From: Rhynchobatus australiae
Taxonomy: Eukaryota
Assembly: GCA_034780895.1 (NCBI GenBank)
Contig: JAUZTB010000127.1
Location: 68,708,503 to 68,772,502, forward strand
Direction of reading: 5' to 3'
DNA length: 64,000 nucleotides
Shown: positions 52,483 through 64,000 of the stretch, one piece after another
Numbering within the stretch: position 1 is the stretch's first letter
Layout: each line of letters starts with the position of its first letter
The notes under the pieces: model-generated
What the model was told of the DNA's origin: nothing
The model's input: only the letters and a program-made list of their open reading frames with translations
Databases searched by the model: none
Made by a program: the position numbers and the translations under genes

Positions 52483-54498
52483 GTAAAAAACTGGAGCATT
52501 TTGATTCAAAACTTCCTACTTATTAATATCATGGCTCATTTCATATTTGCTCCCATAAATTACCTTCATTTGCAGATCCTGAGAGCATTTCTCTCAACTG
52601 GATGGTAGTGCATACATTTTAAGAAGATTATGTACTCTTAGCTTGTTGCTTCTGTTTTAACAGGATTCAAAAAGATCTTATTCCTGGTGAAGATATCTAC
52701 TATCTACCTTTTGGTACATTTCAACAGCAGTATATCTAGCTGGAAAATTTTAATTCGTTGTTACCAAATAGGCTGACGACTGAAGTCCTATTGACAAAAT
52801 TGACAACAGCATGAGTAACAATTTGATATAACACTGAAGGAATTGTGCATTGTCAAATGCAATAATATAGAGATCCCATCTGCCTGTTCAACTGGACATT
52901 AANNNNNNNNNNTGCTACATTGTCAGAAGTGAGATGGTTTAAATGTCTGTTCAGATGGATGTAAAAGGCATCCCCTTAAACATAATGTAATTCCTTCCTT
53001 GAAGTATCAGCATGTGGTAAAAGTTCATGTATTATCCCATAATGTTGAGCTTTATTTGTTGTTGGTGAACTTAAGAAATCAAGACCACTTACTGTTTCAG
53101 TGACCCCAATGCTTCATTCTTCATCAAATAAAAATAAAATGTTGCTCTTTTACAGAATTTAACCAAGTTTTCTATATTAAAATGTAACTTGTACCATAAT
53201 TAACTTCTAATCAGAGATCGGNNNNNNNAGGAGAGGAAAACTGCCTATTTGTGTCATAGCCATTTGGGTGATCAAGCTGTGCATTTTTGTTATCAGTGAA
53301 GAATCATGGACATCCTGAGGAAATTAAGTGTTGTGTAAATAATTCAATGATTTTTGAAGCATTTGGTTTGAAAATATTCAACAAATCAGGCCAAGTTAAG
53401 TGAGCAAAAGGCTAAAATGTTATGCCAGAGAACTTCCTGTTAGAACATTTTGTTTAATCTAAATGTTAATTCTGCCTTGCTTCACGGATGTTGTGTGATC
53501 TGAATGTTTCAGTGTTTGCTCTAAGTAAACAGTATCTGCAATTTTTTGCTTTTGTGTCAGTAGTGCCAGTTATGTCTTGCATCCCATCACTTCATTTTGT
53601 GTATGGAGTGCCTGTGTCAAGACTTCAATAGACAAGAATATTGTCTGCCAAATAGAGGGTCTTTCAAACATGCATTTGAAGGACCCTTTTCCTCCAAACC
53701 CCAACACTGAGGACATGAGATGTAAGGGCCTCTTTCACTGTGTACAATGCCAAAACTTGTGCACTATAACATCTTGGAGGCTCTACAGCAGCCCCAGCCA
53801 CGAATCACTTCAGGAATCTCCAGACTTTGAGGGTTGTGAGAAGCAGTGGAACCAAACACCAGCAGAGCCAGAACTTTCAGGCAAGGAGGATAAAACATTT
53901 ACAGTAAAGATAAGAAATCACTTATATCCAGTGTATTTTGCTGTTTTAAATACTTTTGTTTCTGTAGCCAATTTTTAATGACTAGTAGACAGCATGGAGT
54001 CGACAGTGTAATTTGAAGTGGTGAAGAACAATGGGTGGCCACTTGGGTTGCTTCCACTGCCTGCTTCATACCCAGAGCTCCTAAGATTGCTAACTCTAAA
54101 TGAGAATTTAGGAACGTGTTACATTTGAAATGTATTTGATTTTCCCAGATATATTTACAAAACAGNNNNNNNNNNNNNNNNNNNNNNNNNNNNNNNNNNN
54201 NNNNNNNNNNNNNNNNNNNNNNNNNNNNNNNNNNNNNNNNNNNNNNNNNNNNNNNNNNNNNNNNNTAGGAACTTGTTACATTTGAAATGTATTTGATTTT
54301 CCCAGATATATTTACAAAACAGAAACAGAGTAGGCAAGTATTCTAATGTGTGAACTTAACTATTTATTGAACTTCTTTATGGTGGTTGTTATTTCAGATA
54401 TTTAAGGACCAGGTTTTTAACTAGTTGAAGCAAATATGTCTAGAGAAAATGACTTTCATTTCAGTTGTATGCATAATTATTTTTCTTGTAATCCACAG

Positions 54499-54620
54499 CC
54501 ACCCTCTTTGCAAGTCTGCTTTTGAGACCACCACCAAACTTAATTGGGCGGCAAACCCAGAATGATAGACAACGTGCTGTGAACTTCATCTATGGCTTCC
54601 TGAGTGGAGATGATAACTAA
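54499..54620 (+). CDS. OCRL: OCRL last coding exon: [39 protein letters not shown]
   Basis: ccacag| acceptor; TAA at 54618-54620; [10 protein letters not shown] and DRQRA conserved; acidic C-terminus without CAAX. Confidence 0.97.
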
Positions 54621-57600
54621 TTTTTGGACATACTTCTGCCCACATCTTCACTGCACTGTGATCGTATTGCAAATGTTACATCAAAATGGTGATCGATAGA
54701 TACAGATACTCAAGCCTTTTATTCCGGTATATGTCAGTAAAAATTTGAATGACAGTTGTTCCCTAAATCTTTCACGTTAACTAGCTAAGGATGTTGGCCA
54801 CAAACTGGCTCCACATGACCTTATACACTTCCATCCATTTGTACAAACTTTTATTGATTGAATTTTTATTTATCAATTATTCCATGAAATATTTCAGCAA
54901 TGTATCTAAAGTCTCTGTTTATTACCAGGTCGCTGCAAGTTGGACTAGAATTTTTTAAATATATTTACACATGACTGGATGATACTGAGCAAGGATAACT
55001 CCATCAGATTAAATAGAAAATACAGTGATGTATCACAGTATGAAATGTCCAAGAAAGTTTCTATTAACCCCCTACCATTAAAACAAATTTCTCAATTATA
55101 ATTGTAAAAACTGAATAGAAATTAGCTGAGTAAATGAGCAGCAACATTTTTTCTATTCAGTAGATGTATTTCAAGTCTTACGGCTGTGACGGAACTCATC
55201 TGTTCCAGTTCAGTTTCCTGGCTGATGTTAGGAAAGATTAATGTTTATAAGTGTGTTCTACTTTGGAAATCTGTTCACCCAGATTACCAAGTAATAGCAG
55301 AGATAGTGGATTTAATTGTGTTTAGGGGCACACAGTGCAATGGGTTAATGTTCAGAGACCTGAATTTAATATATGCATCAGAACAAAATTATTGGTTGTC
55401 TGAAATATTATGATTGTGTAAACTTTCATAAAGTTGCTAAAGTGCTAGATGATCGAAACACAATTAGACACAGATACAGTTTGTGTACTGAATTCATTCA
55501 AATTATATGGTATGTATTGCAAAATTATATTCAAGTGATGTTACAAAGTTTTTGATTTTTATATATTTATTAAAGATCAGATATGTTCTACAAACAGCAT
55601 TTTATTACACCCATATGCTATTTGTGGTATCTTTGAAGTACAAGTTAATGTTGTCATGCAAAGAAAAAACACTAGTTCTAATGGAATAATAAACTCCAGT
55701 TGTGGAGCCCTAGAACCTCTCCAGTCTATCAAGAATTTAGATTTAATTACAACCCAATTGATTGACTGAGTTCTGTCTAGCTTTGCTATGGTGCCGCAGC
55801 TTACATCGCAGAAACATAGTACCTGTCAGTCCGAGTAGTATTGCAGTACCACAGAAAAACCCTGTCATTCCATCTATGAGAGTATTGCATGAATTATACG
55901 ATGAGGAAAATAGAGGTGAAATTTCAATTTAATGTTTTTATTCAACTAGAATTGTTGGGTTGAATCCCTGTATTATTCGATCACTAGTAAAAAGCCATGT
56001 GATCAGTTTAAACTGATTTACTGTTGCCAGATCCCAGCCATGGGAAGGCATACATGTGTATATATTTAAAAGTAAACTATGGCAGTAAATTTATGTGTAG
56101 AACAGAGTATTTTCAATATAATGTATGCTCCTTGGTAAGGTACAGAAATCATTTTTTTAAAAAACCACAACCCCTCCTTGACATGCTTGTAAATGTCGGT
56201 AAAAGCATCTTGTATTGAAGTTCCTTACTCAGCCAACACTACAGATCTTTGAGTTGCATTTTTAATTGGTGTTCCCTTCAGATCAGAATGGCTAAATGAG
56301 AAGAATAATGTTGTACTTTTATACACTTAATTTTTTAATACAATTTGGCATGAACCTACAGCTAAAAATTGTCAGTTAATTAATCCAGATTACATAAAAG
56401 TTGAAATGAAATATATAATCAAGCAGTTCAATTATAAATTCACTGGTACAAAGAAAAGCAGAAACAGCAGTTGTGTGAAACTTTGGACCTCTTACCAGCC
56501 AATGGTCAATGAGCATCCATTGAAAACAGGAAGTAAATGAAAATACTTGAAATTCCTGTCCTTGATTGTGTTGAATGATAAAAATATCTTCAATTATTTA
56601 ATTTTTTTNNNNNNNNNNNNNNNNNNNNNNNNNNNNNNNNNNNNNNNNNNNNNNNNNNNNNNNNNNNNNNNNNNNNNNNNNNNNNNNNNNNNNNNNNNNN
56701 NNNNNNNNNNNNNNNNNNNNNNNNNNNNNNNNNNNNNNNNNNNNNNNNNNNNNNNNNNNNNNNNNNNNNNNNNNNNNNNNNNNNNNNNNNNNNNNNNNNN
56801 NNNNNNNNNNNNNNNNCCCTGGTATTCTTTATATTTTTCAATTAAATCCACTTAATTCTATCCAAATAGCATTGTTTGTCATTTATTTAAAAATATATAA
56901 TTTTGGTTTTTGGTGCATGGGGCCTTTTGAGATTTGTATAACCTCAGTTGTCATATTTAAGCTTCTGTCAGATATTGTGATTTAGATCTATTCCTGTATT
57001 GCGTTGTAGCCATTGAAAGTATTTATCTGCAATGTTGTCCTTGTCTGAGTAATTTCTTTAGTAGTTTAGTCAAACTCTAGTAACATACCATCTGATCGTT
57101 GAAAATCCTGATGGTTCGGCATCAGGCTCACCAGATCCCAAGCACCCTTGAAACTTGGGAATTTTTACATACTGAGTAACATCTAAAAAGTTTTAATCAA
57201 CTGCATTGGGGTATAGTACAGAAACCCTGTGAGTCTGGCACCACCATGCCAAATTGGAGTTTTGCAGTATTGTTCAAATTATTCTGTCTTTCATTACTAC
57301 CACCACCTAGTTCATTGCAGAAATCTTCAAAGAGCGTTCCCTTCACCAATGTTGGTTTTAAGTTTGGACCAAAAGTAATGTTAGTCATAATGTGATACTT
57401 TTAATGCATTAACAAAAGCCTTAATTATTATTTTTGGAATAATTGAATCCTCGATACTGAATTCTATGATACTGCTTATTCAAAGCATTTCTTGCTAAAT
57501 ACAACCCTTGCTGACTGTGGTTTGAGCAACAAAAGAGGCTTGTGTTCACTTCTGATATTACATGTTTGAAATGGGTATTGATTTTTGTTTTAATTAATCT

Positions 57601-58795
57601 ATATTTAAAAAGCTTTTTTAAATTGCTTGTTAAAGTCAAAATTATTTATTCCTAATGATGGCCCATCCAGCAATAATGTGTTGATATGGTACTTAACCAG
57701 CTATCATTAGTGTCCTGAGTCTTTGCAGTACCAATGAGTCATCATTCGCCTTGTATGTATTGTAGAATTTCTGTTGGGCTACATGTGGAGAGATTTGTTT
57801 CATCTATATATGCTACCAACATATTTTGTAAAATTAAATATCAAATACATATTACAATGTCAAGTTTAAATAGTCTGGTAACTTCTATCATGGAGATAAC
57901 ACAATCTCAACTGTTAGCTAAGTCAGATGGCAATGATTAGAGAGACGGGTATACAGAATGTTGTTGTCTGTGACTTTTAAGGTAGTTCATATTAATAGCA
58001 TTTTAATCTCTTTTGGATCCAAAAACACAACTTCTTATGATTTGCTTTATTAAGAACTTGGGTAATTCTGTGCTTCTAGTTTAACCTTTAAAGAGATTGC
58101 AATCTGCTTATGAAGTGTCTTCGGTGTCTCTGCAATTGCACCATTTGTGCTCAGGGCTAAAACTGATAAAGCAGATTAATTATCTACTGTGGATGGAAGT
58201 TTGAAATGTGTTTTGAACTTGACATTTTTATTAATTGTCCAAAAATCTAATGGTATCTAATCTTTTAGTTTTAAGATTTGTATTTTTTATCATATCCAGC
58301 ATGTTGAATTCAGAAGTTTTCCCTTGTTTGACAGAATAATAACTAAGATTCAAATGGGCACAGTGCTGTGTTTTGGAGTGGCATTTTATTGACTTGGCAT
58401 TGTTTTTCTTTGAATGGTGGAGCCACTTGCTATAAGTATGTTCTATTCTTATTAAATTATTAGAACTGTACCTTTTTCTTTGCAAAGGCAGGATTAGTGA
58501 CCAGCCAATAGATCTATGCCAAGTGCTCTCTTTGGCACCTAAATGTATCAACTCCCCATATCATTATCCCTTCCCCATTGCACTATAACCCTATAACCTC
58601 TGCCAACTTTTAATGTGCAGAGTGGAGAACCAAATTTGCAGACTTCTGGGCATTGAGTTTTATAGTTCCAATGCTGAATATCACTGTGCAGGCTGGTTCA
58701 GAACTTTGTTAGAAATTTGTGTGTGGCCTTGTTCAGTCTGTCACTTGTTGTAAATGGAATATGTTCTTAGTTATTAGTGAACTGCATTAATATTT

Positions 58796-58801
58796 AATAA
58801 A
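58796..58801 (+). promoter_or_regulatory. Candidate distal polyadenylation signal of OCRL
   Basis: AATAAA followed by a T/GT-rich tract (gttttctgtttttttt), at the end of about 4.2 kb of repeat-poor sequence after the stop. A proximal AATAAA is at 55688-55693. Confidence 0.5.
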
Positions 58802-61329
58802 TTCTATTGTTTTAAATGTTATAAGTTTTCTGTTTTTTTTATATGCAGTTCCACTGTGTCACTGGATTGTATTTTTGGTTTTCAGTCACTTATTAATGAA
58901 ACTATTTTCTCTNNNNNNNNNNNNNNNNNNNNNNNNNNNNNNNGTTAAATAATCCCTGGAGTTTATTCTGGGAACAAAGTGTAGATTTATTAATAAAGTT
59001 CCTGGCTTAGGGCACAAGGTGGAGGTTAAAGTTCACTTAAGTATATCCTCCTATAAAATCTCCAGGAGGTAAAACTTCAGTAGCATCTTCCTTTTAAATA
59101 GGAAAATGAAACATTTCCATTTAATTATTGGGTGAGTAAAAGTTGTGATTTCATTTTTTCTTTGGCCTATATCAATTCATCCAAACTTGTGCAAATACAA
59201 TTTAATTTCCAGAGTAATATTCTCACCAACATAAGGAAATCTGGAGGATAATTTGAGCCACAGAGCACAACTATCTGACTCTATGTGGCCACCTGATACT
59301 CCAATCAATTCTAAGATTGAAGAGCTTGGGTGGCTGAAATATTTTAAATACCAAGAATTATCTCAGCACTTGCTAGAAAAAGGCCTTGCACGGCAAGGCA
59401 GGTGGCTAGGTAAGGGAGGTGTATTTGGGAAGGGTCATTCAGCAGAAAGCTGTGATCCTGTCCTGAACTTAAGAGGTGATCAGGGTTGAAAAGGTCTTAT
59501 TTCTCAAAAAATGTGACGACTGCAATCTGTCAATTTTTCCAGCCACAAACTGAAGCCGTGGCTTCCAGGCATCTTGCAGGCTGCTAGGAGAAATATCAGT
59601 GCCCTGCTACATAATGGATACCAGAAGNNNNNNNACACAGAGGTGCAGTTTACCTCATTCCCTTTTGGCAAAGAGCAAGAAGACCAAACATGAGGGTGTG
59701 TGTGTTGCAGAATTCCCTATAGTAAGTGTGGTTAATGATATGCATGTTGCCTTGCATGCATCTTGTGAACTCACTATTTTCATAAAGCAAATGGGATTTT
59801 ACTTCGATGTGTGGCTGTGATACATGGCCAGCAACCTGATTCTAGAGCTGAGGAGGCCCCTGCAGCAGGGAAGTTGTCAGCACTGGTTGTGTTAAATTGA
59901 CTGGAGCATATAATCAAAGCAACACAAAAAATGCCAGAGGAACTCAGCAGCTCAACCTGACCTGCTTCTAATCAAAGCAGTTGGGCACCCATTAAAAGAG
60001 GGAAGTGAGATGGATCCCTGCTCCTGTTGCCTCTGCCGCCTTCACTGTCTTCTGGCTCCTACTTCTGCCTTGTTCGCATCTTCAACCTGCTTCCTCCCAC
60101 TAAAATATTTTCTAGTTGTCATTCAGCATGAGGAGGAGTATGGTCATTTTTACCTTGGGTCTGACCTGTAAAATAAGAATGGGTAGTCACTGTAGATGAG
60201 GCTCAAGGGAGCAAGAGGAAGAGCAGTTACAATGCAGATGATATCTTTCTTCCTAGACTGAATCATAAGCTGCATCAGTTACCTTGACTACACTTCCACA
60301 TTTGCATGTGGCCCACAGACTTTGCCTTTTTTTTTCCACTGATCACCTAACATAAATAAAGCCAACCAGATATTGCACATTCTAGGAATCAGGAAAAACT
60401 GCAGACAGTGTATGTTTAGTTTTCTACAATGAAACAGATGTGCATTAATTGTGCCCATACCATCTCCCAAACTTGTAAAGTAATCTTAACAAATTGGTTA
60501 TGTAGTCAAGGAAACAACCAGTTGCCATTTATCTGATGGAGCCTTTTAATTGACTACCCCATCATGCACTCACAAAGTGGGAAGAGAAGGGACAAAATAT
60601 TTTTGATATGGTGAGGGCTTTGGCAGAAGACGTTATTATACATGAGAGTCCAATTCAAAGACTTACAGCAGTTAACAATGAAAAGCAGTTTCTTAAAAAC
60701 AAGTAATCAAAAAAATAACAAACAGATCCAAATGATAACACTGAATGAATTAATGTTTGCTGAGATAGACTTCATAATGATGATGCTTTGTCCAAAACAT
60801 TAGAATAATAAAATGTGTGCTGCTGAAATATGGAACAATTCATAATTATGGTCTTTGTAAATTAAAATCTGTTCTGTAGGACTATACTTGATTAAGTGAC
60901 AATTATTAATTGCACTGTTAATGATTACCCTTCACAATTCACTAAAAATAAGTTATTTCCTATTGTGCTCATGAAGTTTGCAATTAAACTTTATTGAACA
61001 TCTATTAAATCTATATATTTTTCTAATTTTTGTTTGGTTGATTCATTCTATTGAGGCTTTATTGTACAGAGCTAAAATTTAGATGTTAAAGCTACCAATG
61101 GAATTAAGAGAAATTTCTTACTGATATATGCAGAACTAGTGATGATACAACATCCTGTATACACATCTTGAAAATGTCTATATTTATAATTTGCTACTTG
61201 TAACTTGAGAGGAGGAATTTTATTGAAGAACTGGGGTGACAATTAAATATTTCAATTGACCTAATAACTGGATGGCATTTTAATGTTTCATGAGCAATTG
61301 TTCTTTTCCTTTTAATTATTCTTGGTCTT

Positions 61330-62460
61330 CCTCAAGGCGCTCATCCCAGTGACTGGGCAGATGTGGATTCAGTCCAACTAGAAGCATGATGGATATGATC
61401 TTCACTGTGTGACAGGTCCAAGAAAAATGCAGGAAACATCATTAACCACTGGACAAGGCCTTTTACTGACCTCATAAAAGCCTTTGGTTTCATCAATCAA
61501 GCTGCAGTTTGCAGAAGGTTCTTGAATATACTTAGGTTTGGAGTCCAAATTCAAAGTCATATGAGAGAATCAGCCTTACAATAAATAGAAGAACAGAGGT
61601 CCACTACCAGCCTGGCTCCATTGCATAACACTGCTTGCCATCCCCTCACCCTGGGGCTAAAAAGATCAAAGACCTTTTATCTCAGGAGCAGCCACTGATA
61701 AAATTCACCATGAACTGCAGTGCAGCAGCACAGCCTTTAACCCTCTGAGGAAGCGTGTTTGATGATCTNNNNNNNNNNNNNNNNNNNNNNNNNNNNNNNN
61801 NNNNNNNNNNNNNNNNNNNNNNNNNNNNNNNNNNNNNNNNNNNNNNNNNNNNNNNNNNNNNNNNNNNNGATCTCATTCTTAAACCTGGCACAAAGCTCAG
61901 TGCACTGGACTCAGCAATTGACGTTGTATGGTTCTGTTCTACTGAAACATGGTGCTGCCGAGGCACAGTTCTCATGGGGTTTACAAGGAAAGTTATGCTC
62001 CATTCTCCCCATGATAAATCTTGCCTGAATTGTACTTTATACGTCTGCTGACTTCTAAAAATGTATTCAGAATTAAGAATACATGTCCTTTTTTTGAGTT
62101 TTGCAGCCTTAATAAATACTGAAGATTTGAAATTTATACTCAGCTGTCTGTCAGTCACAGTGGAGTCTGTGCCTTTAATGCTGACATCATCAGAGTATGC
62201 AAAAACAAGTCCACTTGGTCTTCTTGCACCAATGTGTCGGGCTGGATTTGCCAGATGAGCTGATTATCAACTGCTGGGAATTTTGGAAGGTTTTAGGGGA
62301 AATTGCAGCCATAAATGCCCAAGAGGTAGCCAGCAACTGGTGTTTCAAGAGATCCATCCCAGTATGTGCTGACACAGTTTATTCTAATGCTGCTGCATGT
62401 AATCAGTCCCCAGTGACTCTCAAGTTGCCAGAGTGTGTTGTGTATGGATGCCAAAAACAC
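61330..62460 (+). mobile_element. Degenerate RTE-type LINE fragments
   Basis: CGF...DMIFTVxQVQEKC...FxDLxKAF remnant at 61360-61490, with further decayed RT text downstream. Boundaries approximate. Confidence 0.6.
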
Positions 62461-64000
62461 TAAAAATAAATACAATAAAAACCTGTGTTTAAGTAGGTCA
62501 ATGAATCATTTTTTAAAAAATTACTGAACAGGATAACTATCAGCTCATACAATACCAATCATGCTGGTAGGCCTGATGCAAGTAGTGATTTGTGGTAAAG
62601 ATGTCTGAGCCCAGTGTTACACTGTTGGCAAACTGCGTACTTGCATTATTTTATTAGGTACTAAATGTAAGCTATGACATTAATATAGTTCATGTTATTA
62701 ATTCTAGGTTTTCAGATAAAATGTGAAATGTTAGGAGGTGGTTAGGTAATATCATTTCCCAGCTAATTGCATTTGGGTAAGAATAATGCAAAAACTAATA
62801 ATTTTTGGGGTTGGGAAATTTTAAAATTTGAACCTTTCATAATTCAGTGCCCTTATTTAGCAAAGCCTTATAAATATGAAATACCAAGTGCGCTATGGTC
62901 TTCTGCAGCAACCTTGTTATAAAGAAGAAAATTGTCCATGGCTTAGTTTCTGCCTCCAAATCTCTAATAATTTCTAGCAAAGGTATGTCTGTGTTAATTA
63001 GGCTGATCTCCATGTCCACACAGTTAAGTAAGCCACCTCAAACTGTTAGACTAAGCACCAAACACACACAAGCAGCCATTGAACTGTACCTTAAGGAAAA
63101 TGGAGAAAATGAGTCACCTGAAAAGTTGATATTGACTTTGCAAACAGGGTGGTCCTTTATAGAGCAGCATTTGCTCAGTGATTAATGCAATAGTTGATAG
63201 AAATAACCAGCCTACTTGTATTCATTTTGAAAGGGTCAGTCAAGCAAACATATTAATCTTTTTTTCTTGTCAAACTGAGCCATTACAATCACAAACTATT
63301 ACAACTCAAATTGTTGGGTGTAAACTTGCATCTAGTTTAAATAAATTAGAACTTGGTTGTTCATTGGCAAAACAATAACTGATAGAATGCTTTATTATTT
63401 GAAAGAGAGTAAGCATCAAAGCAATATTTCAGAAAAATATATATCTAAGCACAACAAAAATCATAGTTGTTGTTTTAGGAAAAAGCCACAGACTAATTGC
63501 ACAAGCTACTGCAAACAACAATAATGTGAATTAACAGTTAATTTATTTTGACTGAGGTGAATATTGGAGAGCATTGTGCTGTCCCCCAGAATAGCTAGGT
63601 GGCATTTTCATTTGATCATTTCATCCTAATGTAGCACATTTTAGTTACTGTTCTGAAGTATTGTCTTAGATTTTATAAATGCATTTTGGAGGTGGGATTA
63701 GAACCACACATTTTGGCTCCAAAATAAGTGTAATAAATTGAACCAAGTTGACATAAAGTTATTGTTTAGGGTAAAATATGGTTTTATATTGTAATGTACA
63801 GACTGCAATTAGTTCTGCTTCAGACACCCTTATGTATATCAGTGACTATATACTTGAGAAGCACCTAGCTTTGCAGTCTTGACAAACTTGGTCATCATGA
63901 TAAGGCTAAAGTACTAGAAATAACAATAAAAATAATGCATAAAACTGAAGTTGTATTTTCAAGCTTTGCGATACTTCTTGACAGTCCTAGTCAAATATTT

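Noticed and set aside
58900-64000. A neighbouring gene downstream (APLN follows OCRL in human)
   Set aside because: No recognisable exon on either strand; only decayed repeats and AT-rich intergenic sequence.

Overview
AT-rich, CpG-depleted vertebrate genomic DNA with many N gaps. The CR1, Penelope, Rex1, V-SINE-like and Tigger repeats suggest a cartilaginous fish (inference). Most of the window is one plus-strand gene, OCRL (Lowe syndrome inositol polyphosphate 5-phosphatase; PH, 5-phosphatase, ASH and RhoGAP-like domains). I traced 22 coding exons by hand from exon 2 (about 1998) to the stop codon at 54620, with consistent splice phases at every junction where both exons are visible; numbering follows human OCRL from memory. 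Exon 1 is not visible, exon 18 probably lies in the 494-N gap, and exon 11 is split by a 100-N gap. Almost all ORFs in the supplied track are spurious. Points of interest: a minor-spliceosome (U12) intron plus a second U12-type acceptor with a possible non-AG end, a 24-nt microexon with splicing-regulator motifs, changes in clathrin/AP-2 motifs, a candidate poison exon, and three local copies of the gene's own unspliced sequence, each beside a CR1 fragment. I found no prokaryote-style system (CRISPR, operon) and cannot claim a wholly new biological system. The local copies are the least explained signal.
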